From NCBI RefSeq assembly GCF_009914755.1, contig NC_060926.1: 64,000 nt of DNA. One strand, 5' to 3'. Positions 1 through 31,749 of the stretch are shown here, piece after piece. The translations under genes were made by a program, and so were the position numbers. The DNA is from the human T2T-CHM13v2.0 reference genome, Homo sapiens. The notes below the pieces were generated by a model. That model saw nothing but the letters and a program-made list of their open reading frames with translations. It had not been told where the DNA came from and made no database searches. Each line of letters begins with the position of its first letter. Position 1 is the stretch's first letter.

Positions 1-1635
<1,635 letters not shown>

Positions 1636-2396
1636 GCACATTTTAAAAAATGCAGCCACTTAAGGGCACTTTCTGTTGTTTTATTTATCTTTCAAGTTTT
1701 ACTTATTTATAAATCTATGCACACATACACATGTACTATTGGATGAGAGCAGCAGGAGGCTGTGGAAAGGATCCTTGGCATAAAGCCAAGAGCACTTGTC
1801 TCCAGGTCTGATCTCCCACTTCCTGGGGCTCAATTTCCCCATTCATAAAATGGGTGGGTTGGCCTAGATAGGCCTAAGGACTCTTCCAGCTTAGATATTG
1901 CAGGATTCTAGATTGAAGTCAAACTGTTCCTTAGATTTTGTGTCTGATCCCACAGCCAGAGAGCAGGGCTGGTTTCCTTGTTAATGCGATCCAGTGCTGT
2001 CAGCCATGAGAGACTTCACCTTTGGAACAGAAATTTCCATCTGCATCCTCTCTGCAGATCATGCCTATCCCTCCTCCCCACTGACACCCCCCCTCATGTA
2101 AATCAGCCTGGGGAATCAGATCTTGGAGAAACTTCGATCTCTTTATCTGGAAGGCACAAAGATAGCATTGCAAAGCCTGCTGCTGGTGTGGAGGTGGTGT
2201 TCAGGAATGCTTCACATTTTTCTAGCAAGTTTCATTCCTAGTAGTATAATCTTGAGGAGAGGCCTTTCCCCAGGGAGGCTTTGGGGAAACTAGCAATGGA
2301 ATGAGGGAAAGAACATGGACTGGGTGGGAGAGAGCCTTCTTTAGAAGGAAATACTGGCAAAATCCGGTATTGCAAAGTTTTGAAAAAATCCATCCT

Positions 2397-2726
<330 letters not shown>

Positions 2727-3597
2727 TTAGAAAGAACCTGGGGCTGGGCAGTCGGCCTGGCTCTGTCACTGTGTGATTTTAAAAGACATTTAATGTTTCC
2801 AAGCTACTGAGTGCAACAGGTTTCTCACTGAGCTTGATTTTGCACCCCTCCAGCCCACCCTCTATCTACAATGCTGCCAGCACTGACTCTAAAATGCACA
2901 TGACTCCACCTCCACTCCCACCCCACTGACTCCATTACCTGTAGCAAAAAATAAAAGAAAATCTAAACTCTTCTCTATGACATTTGAAGCCTTTAAAATC
3001 TGGTCCCAGGCTACATTTTTAATCTCATCTCATACTCTCCAGCTCACTGAGCCCCTTTCCCTATTGTCCTGAGTCCGTATCTGCCTCTGGACAGCCATGA
3101 GCTCCACTGGGAAGGACAGTGGCTTGGCCACCCCAGCTGTGTTCTTCCCCCAGTACCCTTTCCAGTTCCTGGCACAGAGGCTCAGTAAAGGTTTGATGCC
3201 TGAATAACCAACTAAATGGGCAATCATGTAAATCAAGGAAGGCCCATGGACTGGACAACTCCTAAATTCCCTTCCAGCACTAACTTCTGAGTAATGTTCC
3301 CCAGGGCAGAGCTCAAAACTGCTTAGGACTTGACCTAGTTCATACTGTTACTGCAGTTTGAAAAACAGAGACAGGTGGTCTGACAAAGGGTTTAAAAGTT
3401 TTTTATTCATATGACAATTTTGCATACAGCAGAAAAATTAAAATACAATGCAATTTAAATATTTAAAATTGCTTTAAAACAAGATCATCCTATGGTTACA
3501 CAACAATGTGAATGTGCTTAATGCCATGTACACTTAGATGGCTGAGATGGTAAACTTTATGTTATGTGTATTTCACTACAATTGAAAAAAAACAAGA

Positions 3598-5230
<1,633 letters not shown>

Positions 5231-8200
5231 TAACTTGTGTAAATTTATATATACAGCTGGCCAGTTGAAAACTAAGATTCAAAACTACCTTGGGTGTGGG
5301 AAGAGTTTAAAAAAAAATCAACCAAGTCCATGCTGTTTCCAGTGCCCCATTCCTTATAATGGCTTTCTTGTTAGGCTTGGTTTTGCTTTGAGTCCTCCCA
5401 AAGCAACTCTGACTACCTAATCAAAACAGGACATTATTAGAAGGAGCCTAGGGTGGCTCCGGGGACTAAAGGAAGTGCTAACAAACAGCCCTAGACAGGC
5501 AGGGACCGCGGCAGCTGAGGGACCTTCATTCTAAAACACGAGCATTCATGTGACACTGCTCCAAGCTTGCCAGGCTCAGAGATTCTGTTCAGGTTTCAAA
5601 TTCCTAGGAGAGAGAATCTGGTTTGCCTGCCTGTGTTAGGTGCCCACAGCCCTATCAGTCAGCTCTGCCCAGGGAGACAGAGTCCTGAACCCTAGACATG
5701 GCCACTGGGGTGCATCCTAGGTGTTGGCTCTTCCCAGAGGAGGGAAATCCCTGTGAGTCAGGCAGTCCCCTCAGGTAAGTCCCCAGCAGAAAATTTTCTG
5801 TGGGGAGGAAAAAGGGAACAGAAGTAGCCTGTCACCCGAGAAGCCTCCATGGCAACATTTGGAGCTATCAATTCAGCCTCAGCCTCACAGTTTGCTCCCT
5901 TCAAGGTTTCACCATTATCAGGGGCTGCAAACCTGGGCAGCATATCTGCAATTCTGGCCTCGCTTTATCCTTCAGTGTTAAAACTCATCTTAACTACACC
6001 AAGGTTGCTGGAGCTTGTCTTCCAAAGTCACCCTTGGGGGCTTAGTGGGTGCAAGGGCCGCTCAGGGCAAATGAAAATGAAAGGCACACAACCAAGAAAG
6101 CTCAGAGGTGCCTGGAAGGCAGGCTGTGCTCACTCTCCAGAAACCCCTGAAGGCTCTTTCGGAAGAAAGAAAAGAAAAATGTGTGCCATGCATTTGACTC
6201 GGTTTAGCTGTGCTTTGGGGCTCATGACATGGAAACCTGCCCATGCACAGTCAGCCCTAACAAGCAATAACCAGAGGTGTCTGGCCTAAACTCTAAAATG
6301 CTCTTAAGGATATTAGAACCATTAACTCTAACTGGAGTTAATCTATAGGCACAAATCACTCGCCAAATTAACTGGCCAGTGGTTTAACAGCCTTTCAAAC
6401 TCAGGAAGGCCTGTATATAAATCGACAGCAGCAACTACCACTGCTTAGCACCTACCTTACTGCTATTTCAATTGCATTTCTCTACAATCCTGAGAAAGCT
6501 GCTATTATTATAACCATTTATGGATGAGAAAGATGAGGCACAGAGTTTTGACGTGACCCAGAACACACAATGTTGGGAAATTCCAGACAGAATGGGGACT
6601 TGAATTTAGGTCTTCTGATCCCAAATCCTAGACGGGTGTTTCTTATGAGGACTTTCTCATGGATTCATCACTTCTTTATTCACTTTATGTCATCAGTTCT
6701 TTTTTCAGAGTAAGTTACCTAATGATTCTCCACCCTTGCACAGTGGGGCTGGCTTCTCCATGCCAGTGTAAATGTACGTACAAAGAATGCATCAGATTAG
6801 TTTCTATGCCCAAGAAAGTAATGTCACCCTTGTCTTGGGCTCTAATTGCAAGAACAGCTGAGCTGGAGCAGATCCTGGTGACCATTTGTTGCCAAGTCCA
6901 GGATTACACAGTGGACAAGAGGAGTTTTCTAGGACTACACTAAAATGAGTATAGTTAGGGTGAGGATTTCAGGACCATGGAACTAGAAGGAACTTTATTC
7001 TAAACCTCAGGCTTGAAATTCAAAACCAGAGTTTTTACTCTTGCCTGTTAGATGTCAATCAGAGCTTAGTTCAGCCTGAGTGCTCCTGCACAAGTCTTCA
7101 GTGTTCCTCTATGGATTTATGATTGTCTGGCCTCTCCATCACCCCTCTGGAGTGGGAAATAAGTGAAAGTGGCATGGAAGGAGGTATGATTTGGGCAGAG
7201 AGAAAAATCAGCCTCTTCACGGTCCTGACCTGTTTTTCAAACCCTGAGTCAAGAATCCACTGATGGGTTTGTTAAAGCAATTTACTAGGTAAAGACCAAC
7301 ACTTAAAAAATAAGATAAAATTAGTCAAGCGGGAAATATCAGACTATATCACATGTAGTTATGGTACATAATGTTTCATAAAACGTTTTAAAATAATTTT
7401 CAAAAATAAATATATTTATGTATAATGGTATGTAAAAATGTATCTTTTACCACAAGTCTTAGTTTAAAAAAAAAAAGTTTGAAAGGCACTGGCTAAGTGG
7501 ATTGAGAACTGGAATGTCTGAGATTTATAACCCTCTCCACTTAATATGGGATCTCAGATGTCAGGGAATATTATGAGGCCTATTTAAAACTTGCCACCCA
7601 GAAACATAAAACCAAAACCAAAAGCTGCAAGGAAAAAGATTTTGAAACTAGATTTTGTAAAATATTTCTAAATTGTCTATATTAAAACATACAACAGAAT
7701 TGAAAGGTGTAAAACTGAAAAAACATCTGCATCCACATGTCAAAGTGTCAAATTCTTACTATTAAAATAATGATTATAAATCAAGAAGTGAAAAAGTCTG
7801 ATATTCCAACAGAAGAAAAGGGACGGAGGCAAATCATGAGAAAAAGGGAAATAGATAAAAAGATGTTCGCCGGGTGCAGTGGCTCAAGCCTGTAATCCCA
7901 GACTTTGGGAGGCTGAGGTGGGTAGATCACGTGAGGTCAGGAGTTCTAGACCAGCCTGGCCAACATGTGAAACCCCGTCTCTACTAAAAATACAAAAATT
8001 AGCTGAGCATGGTGGCGCATGCCTGTAGGCTCAGCTACTTGGGAGGCGGAGGCACAAGAATCACTTGAACCCAGGAGGCAGAGGTTGCAGTGAGCCAAGA
8101 ATGCCCACTGCACTCTAGCTTGTGCAACAGAGACTCAGTCTCAAAAATAAATAAATAAATAAAAATAAAAAGATGTTCAACTTCACCAATAACGTCAATT

Positions 8201-8759
8201 AAGACAGGATCTAATTTTTTTTCAACTCCCAATGTTTTTTAAATACCCAGTTTTGTCAAGGATGTAACACTATAAAAGGCGCCACATATTGCTAGTGGGA
8301 GTATAATTAGATAAACTGGGAGAAAAATTGGCAATACACACCAGAAGCCTTGAAAATTGTACCCTTTGTCTTAATAATCCCTCTTCAAATAATTTATCTC
8401 AAGGAAACAATCATGGGTGTGTTCAAGGTTGTTAACAATAGTAAAAAACTTGAGGAAAAAAAAACAAACCCTGGCTGTCCAACAATAGGAATGTTATGAT
8501 CTTGTTTACAAAATATAATTAATTAATTAATAAGTTAACTAGCAAAGCCCCAACATGGGGCTTGAGTTTGGGCCATTCTGGGGGCTGAAAGCCTGACCAC
8601 TCCTATAGGAGTTCATTTTCCCGAGCTGACTGATGAAGGCAGAAGGAGGGAGGAGTTTAGAGAACACAGGCTTGGGGGAGGTGCGATGCAGACAATGGGA
8701 CTGTTGAACCTCAGCAGAGACGGTTTGAGATGGAAGCTGAGGAGCTATTTTCAAGAGAT

Positions 8760-10664
<1,905 letters not shown>

Positions 10665-10790
10665 TAATATTCTTATCTTTATTTTCCACATTTTCTACAA
10701 TAAAAGTTTTAATAAGAGGAGAAAGGGGGCCGGGTGCAGTGGCTCATGCCTGTAATCCCAGCAGTTTGGGAGGCCGAGGTGGGTGGATCA

Positions 10791-11039
<249 letters not shown>

Positions 11040-11093
11040 TTAAACAAAACATCTCCCCTCCCCCATCCTGAACTATGAAATGTAAGATAATAA

Positions 11094-11591
<498 letters not shown>

Positions 11592-12639
11592 TAGTTCTCT
11601 AGTGTTGGTAGTTGGAGCCTGCTTTTTTGGAGGAGGTCTTTCCTATAAACCCACTCTGGAAACAGTGTCAAAGCAGGAAGTGAGAGGTTATGTTTGAGGT
11701 CCACAGTCCGGCTGGAAGAAGTGGTAGACAGAGGACCTTAGATTGTCAGGCCATTGGGCCACAGAATCAGGGCCTGGATCTGGGACAGTCCTTGGTCTCC
11801 CCTGAGGCTCTAGGCTCCTGGTTCACCTGTTCTGAATCCCTGTCTCTTGGGAGGCAGGGAGTGAGCTATTTGTGTAAGACTAAGGCCTTAGAATATGTCC
11901 CACGTTCTCTGGCATCAGACACCCCACTCAGGGGCCAAACAGAAAGCTGTGAAGGGTGGTGAGAAAAGTCTCTTCTTACACCTCCTCTCCACCACTATTT
12001 AGTACCTTGCTTTTTTAGCTTTCATGTTATATTATGACTGGTTTCCCATGTCATTAAATATTCTTCAGAAATTTAACTTTGATGATAACATATTATTCCC
12101 ATTACCCATAACTTCATCATCCTCCAACTGTTCAAAAGTTAGATTATTTCTAGCTTTTACTATTACAGTATATTTAACATCACCTGGTAATTGATCTAAA
12201 AGGAATAATTAGGAATCAGTCCCCAAATTTGGAGATGGCAACCAAGAAGTCTTTTTCATTTTCCACAGTTTTCCCACATTTTTGTTTTTTTTTTCAAGAG
12301 ATGCTCTGCAACTCAGGCTGCAGTGCAGTGGGATGATCATAATTCACTGTAACCTCAAATTCCTGGGCTCAGGCTCCCAAATAGCTAGGATTAATGGCGC
12401 ATGCCACCATGCCAGGCTAATTTTATTTTTGTAGAGACGGGAGTCTTGCTATGTTGCCCAGGCTGGTTTTGAACTCCTGGGCTCAAGTGATCCTCTCGCC
12501 TCGACCTCCCTAAGTGCTAAGTGTTGGGTTTATAGAGATGAGCCACCATGCCTTCTTTTCTTTTTTTTTTTTAATTCTGTTTTGCAAAGAATATCCCTCT
12601 TGCCAGCATCTGAATAATATCTATCTTTACTATTATTTA

Positions 12640-12850
12640 TGTGTGTAAATAGCTTTACAGTTCACAAAGCATTTTCTTATATAATGTCTCATCTAATCAA
12701 CACAGCAACACTATGAAATAAGTTACTATTTCCATTTTACATTTGGGGAAATTAAGCTCAGAAAGGCCATGTGACATGTTCAAGATAACACATTTAGTGT
12801 CAGAGCTGGGACGTGGACCCGGGTCTTGGGACTCCCGAAACCATATCCTT
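12640..12850 (-). mobile_element. MIR SINE
   Basis: ccattttacatttggggaaattaagctcagaaagg...caagataacaca core. Confidence 0.6.
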
Positions 12851-14347
12851 TACCGTGGGCAAAGTGCTATGCTGAGGTCTTACCACACACATAGATGGCA
12901 CTGGAAGAAGGGCAAGTATGGAACAGCACCCCAGGCAGAGTGGGCGATGCCACTGGTAAGATACAGAGAAAGTACTACACACAGTGGCGTTGCAAGGACA
13001 GAGCAGTTCCTCCCACAAAGGGCATGCAGTAGGCTTTGGGAAGAAACGTGGCCAAGTCGGGTCTTCAAAGGTGAATAGGATCTAGATATTCAGAATAAGA
13101 GGGCTTTCCACAGGCTCAGTGAATGGGAAAGGAAAGTGTGGCTGATTGGGGAAAGCGCTAGCACAGGGAGCAAGAGATGGGGCGTGGCTGGGGAGGAATG
13201 GAATTGTAATTCTAGCCTCACAAAGGCTAGAGCCAGCAGGGCCTTGGGATCATGTGGGGAGGAAACCAGAGATGTGTGGAACAATTTGCTGAAGGCAGAA
13301 CCAGGCAGGGAAAGGGCAGGGTCAGGTTCGTACCCTTGCCTCTGGCCACCAGGGCCAATGCTCCTTCCCTGCAGTAAACCCGATTAATCTCCTCAAACTC
13401 AGGTGCCATTTCCTTGGAATAGTATTTACCGCGGGGCGCGGTGGCTCACGCCTGTAATCTCACGCTTTGGGAGGCTGAGGTGAGAGGATCCCTTGAGCCT
13501 AGGGGTTCGAGACCAGCCTGGGCAACATAGCGAGACCCTGTGGTTAAAAAAAAATTAAAATTAGCCAATAGTGGTGGCACGCGCCTGTAGTACCAGCTTC
13601 TTGGGAAGCTGAGGCAGGAGGATCACCTGTGCCCAGAGAGGGCGAGGCTGCAGTGAGCCATCATCGTGCCACTGTACTCCAGCCTGGGCGACAGTTCGAG
13701 ACCTTTTCTCAAAAAAAGAAAAAAAAAAGTTGTTCAAGTTGTGTAGTGCACGGGAGGAAAGAAGTATGACAATAACATAGGACAGCAGCCGGCTCTTTTT
13801 TTCATCAGGATGTGGAGAGTGGGCGCCTTGGGAAGACGAAATTGAGTATGTGCGGGGGAGGGGTCATATGAAACAAGGTCGGGAAGGGGGCGGGGAGAGC
13901 TGGGGCTCTGGAGGAGCTTGGGGCTCGCGCTGCGGGGGAGGAAGCGCCTTCCGCGGTCGCTGGGGGGAAGTGGTTAGGAGGAAGCACGGGCAGTGGAGGG
14001 GACTGCTGGAGGGTCCCATCTGGGAAAGCAGGCACGGATGCGGGGACATTTCCGCCCGTCACCCTGGCAAAGCGCTCGCAGGGCTGGAGGGACAGAGTTC
14101 TCAGATCCAAGTAGAGAAAACCGGGAACGGTTCCGGCTCTGGGGACTGACATTCATCGCGGCAGTTTCTGGTGGCAAAACAGAGGAAACAAAGGAATGAT
14201 GAAATGAACTGAGCTGCCTTCATGCCCCGGATGAATGTTCAGCCATTAGAAAAGAGTGAATCCCAGCTGGGATTTGGGGTTCCACGGTGTACTAGAAAAG
14301 CAAAACAAAGAGAAGCGCCTACTAGATGCCATCTTGGAAAACAAAAG

Positions 14348-14352
<5 letters not shown>

Positions 14353-14383
<31 letters not shown>
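14353..14383 (+). repeat. (GT)n microsatellite
   Basis: Perfect GT run. Confidence 0.95.
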
Positions 14384-14384
<1 letters not shown>

Positions 14385-14389
14385 TGTTA

Positions 14390-14783
<394 letters not shown>

Positions 14784-14809
14784 TTACAGAGAAAACGGAG
14801 CAAGTGTAC

Positions 14810-15160
14810 AAGCACGCCAACCCCCCCGGTGCCCAAGCTCGGCGCTCACGCGGCTAGGATGACGCCCGTGGGACGCCCCAGGGGCCCTGCTCGCAGCCAC
14901 TCTGCTCAGGGTCATTTATAGTCTCTCCGTTCTTTGTTAAATAAAGACGGTGAGACACGGACGGGCTGGAGCCGGCAGGGGTAGTGGAGGGCAGAGGGGA
15001 CGGGTCGGGGCGCCCCTCGCTCCTGCCACGCTGCCGCCGCCCCAGACAAAGACAGCTGCGTACGGCGGGAGCGCAGGGGCGCCTGCGCGCAGGGCCTAAA
15101 TCGCCTGTCCCGTCTCCCCCTGACGCCCACACACCCAAGCGGCAGCCCACTCCCCTTCTA
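14810..15160. promoter_or_regulatory. Small CpG-rich promoter with NRF1-like motif GCGCCTGCGC (15079-15088)
   Basis: CpG-dense unique sequence with the palindrome CCTGCGCGCAGG at 15082-15093. Confidence 0.65.
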
Positions 15161-15229
15161 CCCCGCAGCCATTTGCTTCCCACCCCTTGATTTTCTTTTT
15201 TCTTTTCCCCTCCCCTCAGCATCCCCCCA

Positions 15230-17131
<1,902 letters not shown>

Positions 17132-17134
17132 GGT

Positions 17135-17350
17135 TGGAAACTGGACTTAGGAGTCAGGGCTGGGTTCAAGCCCCACATTCCATCCCTTACTAGGCTGGGT
17201 AACTAGGCACATTACTTAGCCTCTCCTATTTCTGTTTCTTCATCTACAAAATGAAACTAAAAATAGTACCTACTTTATAGGGTAATTTTGTGGATTAATG
17301 GCACATGAAGCATATGGTGCATGTTCAGTAAATGTTGGCGATTATTAGCA
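17135..17350 (+). mobile_element. MIR SINE
   Basis: ctgggttcaagcccc...cttactaggctgggtaac...tctgtttcttcatctacaaaatg core. Confidence 0.7.
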
Positions 17351-18130
17351 GTAAATTTGGTGGTTATTGAATTAGTGACATTGCAGTATCACTGTTAGGG
17401 TGACCTCCATTCCCATCAGATGATGTGGCTTGAAGCTATTCCAAACGGGCAAGGTTAAAAAACAATAGGCAAACTGGGAAAACCTATTTGCAACACACAT
17501 GAAAACAAAATGTTGTTATTCTTGCTATGTAGGAAGTGCTTGCAAATAAATAAGAAAATGAATACCAATGGAAAATTCAAAAGAAACAAACATCTGAAGT
17601 GATTTTTTTTAAAGACCCACTTTAAATAAGTTCAACTCTCCTTGGAATCAGACATAAAAATAAACAAAAGACATTTTTTGTTGTTGTTGAGTAACAGATC
17701 AACAGCCAGAATTTGGTGGCACCTAATATTGAAGAAGGTGTGGGGAGATACCTTCTCTTTTTAAATAAAGATTTCCTGAAGTTTCCATTGTTATATCTGA
17801 CCACAGACTATCCAGAGAAACAAGCTGAGTTCTTGCTTCAAGGAGGAACTAGCCAGAGAGCCTTTTCTACCCACTTTTTCCCTTGTCCAGATAAAGCTAA
17901 ACAGCCAACAAACCCCTCCTAGCAAGTTGACTTTTTTCTTGTCATGTGTGCAGACTCTGCACATTAGCTTTGCTAATAGTCCTTTACCACAGGTGTTGAC
18001 ATTTCACGTGGCTTGAAATAGCCCCCAGCATTGTTCTACATTTGGACAGGGCTGACATACTTAAGCCACAATACCCCCAGAATATTATTAGGCTTCTGGC
18101 TACCTCCTTCAGGAATGTTTTATCTGCCAG

Positions 18131-21421
<3,291 letters not shown>

Positions 21422-24301
21422 TTACAGAGGAGGCAATTAAGACCCATTGTCAATCACCTAGTAGGCATCGGGACTGGGGTTTGAAAGCACATGTCTCTAA
21501 AGTCCATGCTTTTATTTGTAATGCCAAAAGACTGGAAACAATCTAAACACCCCTTGATGGGAACCAGTTAAATTATAGTAGTCCATACAATGTAATACTC
21601 TACAGCCGCAAAGATAGATAAAAATGAGGATACTCTCATATACCGATAAGGAAATGTCACCAAGATAGGGTGTTAAAGCGGGGGAAAAACCCAACAAACG
21701 TGTAGAACGTGTACAGACTGGCACTAAATATGTTAAAATGGAGTAAGGAAGGGTATAGATTTGTTTTAGCTTGTATGTGTAGAAAAACAACGTTAGAAGG
21801 ATAAACAAAAACCTTATAACAGGGTTATCTATTTAGGGTGGGGGAAAGTGGGCATTTGGGGGACAGGGACAGAAGAGATGTACATCTTTTCATTTTTTTT
21901 AGTTTTAAACATATAAATAAATTATCTGTTCAAAAAAGCAAATGCATATAAACATTTTTTTAAGCAACATGAAATTAAACAAAACTGCTGTCCCTTCCTT
22001 CCACTGTACCATGTGCCTTAGACATCTTTGGAGGGCAGTCTGTCCTCTTTTCCAGTGAGTTGCACAGGGCAGCAGGCCTCAGGACACCCTGGCAGCTCTA
22101 AGGATGGCTTCAGCACAGCCTGGGGAAGGAAGCCCTGCCAGCAGGCAGCGCCAGGCCAAGTGTACCCTCTTTCCTTATCCCTGACTTAGAAAAACAAAAC
22201 CGATAGGCAAATCCACTCATCGGCATTTCTGAATCCAGTTGTTAACCAATCCTCTTCCTGCCCTTTACTCTCCTTTTCTTCCTTTTTCCAGAAAATCCTG
22301 GAAAGCTCTGCAGCTACTTTGCAAAGTGCTTTACTAGCTCTGGCTGCCTTGTTGTTTTCCTTTTCTCATTTGGCCTGTGTCATCCTCTCAGGCAAGTACT
22401 GCAGTCAGACTTCCTGCCAGCTTGCCTGCTGGGTTCATCTGTCTTTAAAACACAAAACAAAACAAAACAAAAAGCCTGTATTTTCATAGAACCTACAAAC
22501 CTCAAATTCGAAGTTATTTTGTCCAACTCTCCACCCAGAGCAGAAGATCCTAGTTGTAAAATTTAGCAGAGTAAATCCACTTGGTTTTAAAGCCCAATTC
22601 TGTGGTTTCACTTTGCCCATCCAATCAACTCGGAGTAACAGCTCTCATAAAATATTTGCTCTTGTGAAGAATCCCACGGGGCAGGTCTATTTGTGTGTGG
22701 AGTCTAGTGGTGCAGTCAGCACCAGTAAATTTCCATTCAGTAATTCAGTGACTGTTAATCGACACCTAATATGTATCCATCACTGTCTGAGGCCCTGTGC
22801 TAGGGACAGAAACAAACACCGAGACTCAGCCCCTGCCCTCAAATCTCTAACAGCCATGTTAGGATACCTTCAGGTCATCAAGCCAGGTCATTAGTGCCTG
22901 GCCTAATTTGTTTTGTTTTTAAAAAGCCATTTGCAAGGTATCAGTTATATCACTGTGTTGTGGACATTTTCATGGTGAGCTATGTGTCGGAAATATGATT
23001 TATGGGAATGGCTTTCTTTTCTCTCTTTTTTAAGGTTTTGGGGAAATAGCTTTTATACTGCAAAGATAATGGCCAAAGCTCAAACTCTAGGTAATGTAAT
23101 CCATATAAGATTAATTAGCCTTTCAGGGTGTTAATTTTGTCATAACAGTGTCATAGCTTTCAGCTTTCATTAGCTAGAATTCCTTGGCTAATGTGCAGGA
23201 AATTTGAGATGTCTGCCAGGTGTGTTCGGTGAAAGATTTTACAAAATCAAATGTGAGTCTAAAAGCAAGTCATTTTGAGAGACACTGAGCTTGGCAGAGA
23301 TTCAGGTGTCTAGAACCATACCATATACTCCCCAGAGAATGCTGGGCCAGAACATGTCTTCCCTTGAGCGTTGTTCAATTCACTGGGCACACGGAGCAGA
23401 GGACTCCGTGGAGGCAGCATGCTCACTCCCCATTACACACGCACAGCATCACCAGGAACCATACCTCGACATTCATTCTTTGCTGGCTTATTCTCAAAGG
23501 AAAACCCCAACCAGAAGATAATGAACACCACAGACTGTTGGAAGCAGCAAGAAGCTACCACACATTTGTGGCTCCCACACATCCACCCAAAACACACCAG
23601 CAGGAAGAAAGAGCAATATATTACTCAGGTTTCCTGTCAGGACATCCTGGCTTGAAACACAGGTCTGTCACTTAAAAATATTAAGATAACCCGCAGATGG
23701 GAAACTGCTTCATTATGTCCTTGGGAATCTCAGAAAACTGTCAGCTTATGAAATAGAGCTCAAAAGCAAGTAGAAAATCACCCATTCCCATTGATGACGG
23801 GTAGTTTTTCTTCCAGGCAAAGAGGATCACAGGAACATGGGGGCATGAAATGACTGAAGGAATCTGGGCTGGGGAAGGCCCCATGCAGTTTCTGGGCAGA
23901 CTGGGTCTTGTCTCAGACCAACAACCTTGGTCCAAATTTGTCATAAGGACATGACAAACTCAGTATACAAGCATTACCGCGTAAGTAGTAGGCCCTATTT
24001 TGTTGGTGACTGAAGATTGCCTTTGAATTCCCCAGTGCCCATAGGCCCTGCACGCCTCACCATCTGCCATTGAACAGTGTAAGGTGTAAGCAGATCAGCT
24101 CAGCAGAACAGTATAAGGCTACACTTTGAACAGTAGCTGTCTCCTTGGGGGAACCCTACAATGAAGGGGAATCCATTAAAAGGAGGGTATAGGCTAGATG
24201 TCTGTTCTCCAGGCTTGTCATGGCAAGCTCAGGATCAGAGAGACCACCCATCCATTCATCAATGCATTCATTCACTCATTCAATAGACATCTATAGAGCA
24301 C

Positions 24302-30445
<6,144 letters not shown>

Positions 30446-30686
30446 ACAAGATAATTTTAAAAGGAGAGGGAACGTCTGCTTTTGTTGCCTTTCTCGTCTT
30501 TTGTGGTTCCACATACAACACAGCAGTGTCTATGGGCTGTCAATCGCAACATAATGCAAACAACACAATTGTCTCTGGGGTCCACTGAATCCAAATCACA
30601 CACGCACCACACTTCTGCCTTTTGCACTGCTGACTGCCAAGTGAACAATGTTTTGTAGAAGCAGCAAGTGTGAGGAGAGGTGACTT

Positions 30687-30702
30687 CTGCCAGATGGTGC
30701 TA
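30687..30702 (+). promoter_or_regulatory. Candidate CTCF motif CTGCCAGATGGTGCTA
   Basis: Visual match to the CTCF core CCAG(A/G)TGG(C/T)GCTA; binding not demonstrated. Confidence 0.4.
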
Positions 30703-31044
30703 AAAAAGACCCAAGTCTGATACACAGGAGTCCTTCCATTAACCCATCCATGACCAAAGCAAAGTGTGTGTGGGGTGAGGGGTAGAAGGAATTGCCCTGT
30801 CTTTGCCCTCTGGGGCTTCTTCTGCCTCGAACACTATCCATCTGCCACCTAACCTGGTTTTGCCTTGATATAAATGGTAGCGGTGGCCAAGAGAATGGGG
30901 TGACAGAGGGGGGGAAACCCACGGTGTTACATGCTTTCACCCATACCCTCCAGGATGGCCCTGAGCGTCTCACACCCTAGGGGCCTGACCAGGTACTGAC
31001 ACTTTCTTGCCAAAGCCCTACAACCATCACCTCCCTACTGTGAA

Positions 31045-31205
31045 ATGTGAGGTAAGTTGCTTAAACCGGCGGAACCAGTTTCCTCAACTACATAGAGGGA
31101 TGATGATTCCCCCTAGCTCACAGGACCGCTGTGGGAATCAAATGAGATCACTCATGTGAAAAGCCTAGCACAACCCCTGACACATGACACAAGCACTTCA
31201 GGACA
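31045..31205 (+). mobile_element. MIR SINE
   Basis: aagttgcttaa...cagtttcctcaactacatagagggatgatgat...aatcaaatgagat. Confidence 0.6.
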
Positions 31206-31749
31206 TATTCATGTTCCTCCTTCCAGGACAGGGCCTTACACTGTCTACTCTGGTAAACCAGCCTCATATAAGCTCCTGGAGGCTGGCGTGTCCCCAGGGG
31301 TCAGGCCATCCCAGAAACGATGACTTGACCATAGTCACGTCATGAGGTGAGAGATTCCGGGAAGGGGCAGCAAGAGGAGAAAGAAGCGAAGGGCGCCCCA
31401 AGGTAATGTGTGCCCTACACAGGGCTCCTAGCCATAAGCACTTATGCAAGTGCGGGGCACAGAGAAAATTCTGGTAACACTCCTCCCCTCAATTCTGATC
31501 AGGTCCCAGGCTCAACTAATCAGTTCAGGGATGGGCCCTTTGCCACCTTTTTCCTAACCAAAGCCACTCTCAAGGGGAAACTTCTATTAACGGCCAGTAA
31601 GCAAGACACACAACGCTTTTTGTTTGAAGGACTACCCAGGCGTTAGTGCCCTTCCAGACCGGCTCTAGTGACTGGCGGGGAAGAAGGGGAAAAAGAATTA
31701 GTGTATCTGGACACAACACCCAGCATGTGCTAGGCAGAAACTAAGTGTG

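Noticed and set aside
5849-6289. 146-aa ATG-initiated ORF
   Set aside because: No domain or homology I can recognise and no supporting gene structure; length is compatible with chance.
23291-23675. Three overlapping ORFs in unique sequence, possible pseudogene
   Set aside because: No recognisable protein similarity, and no poly(A) or TSD signature.
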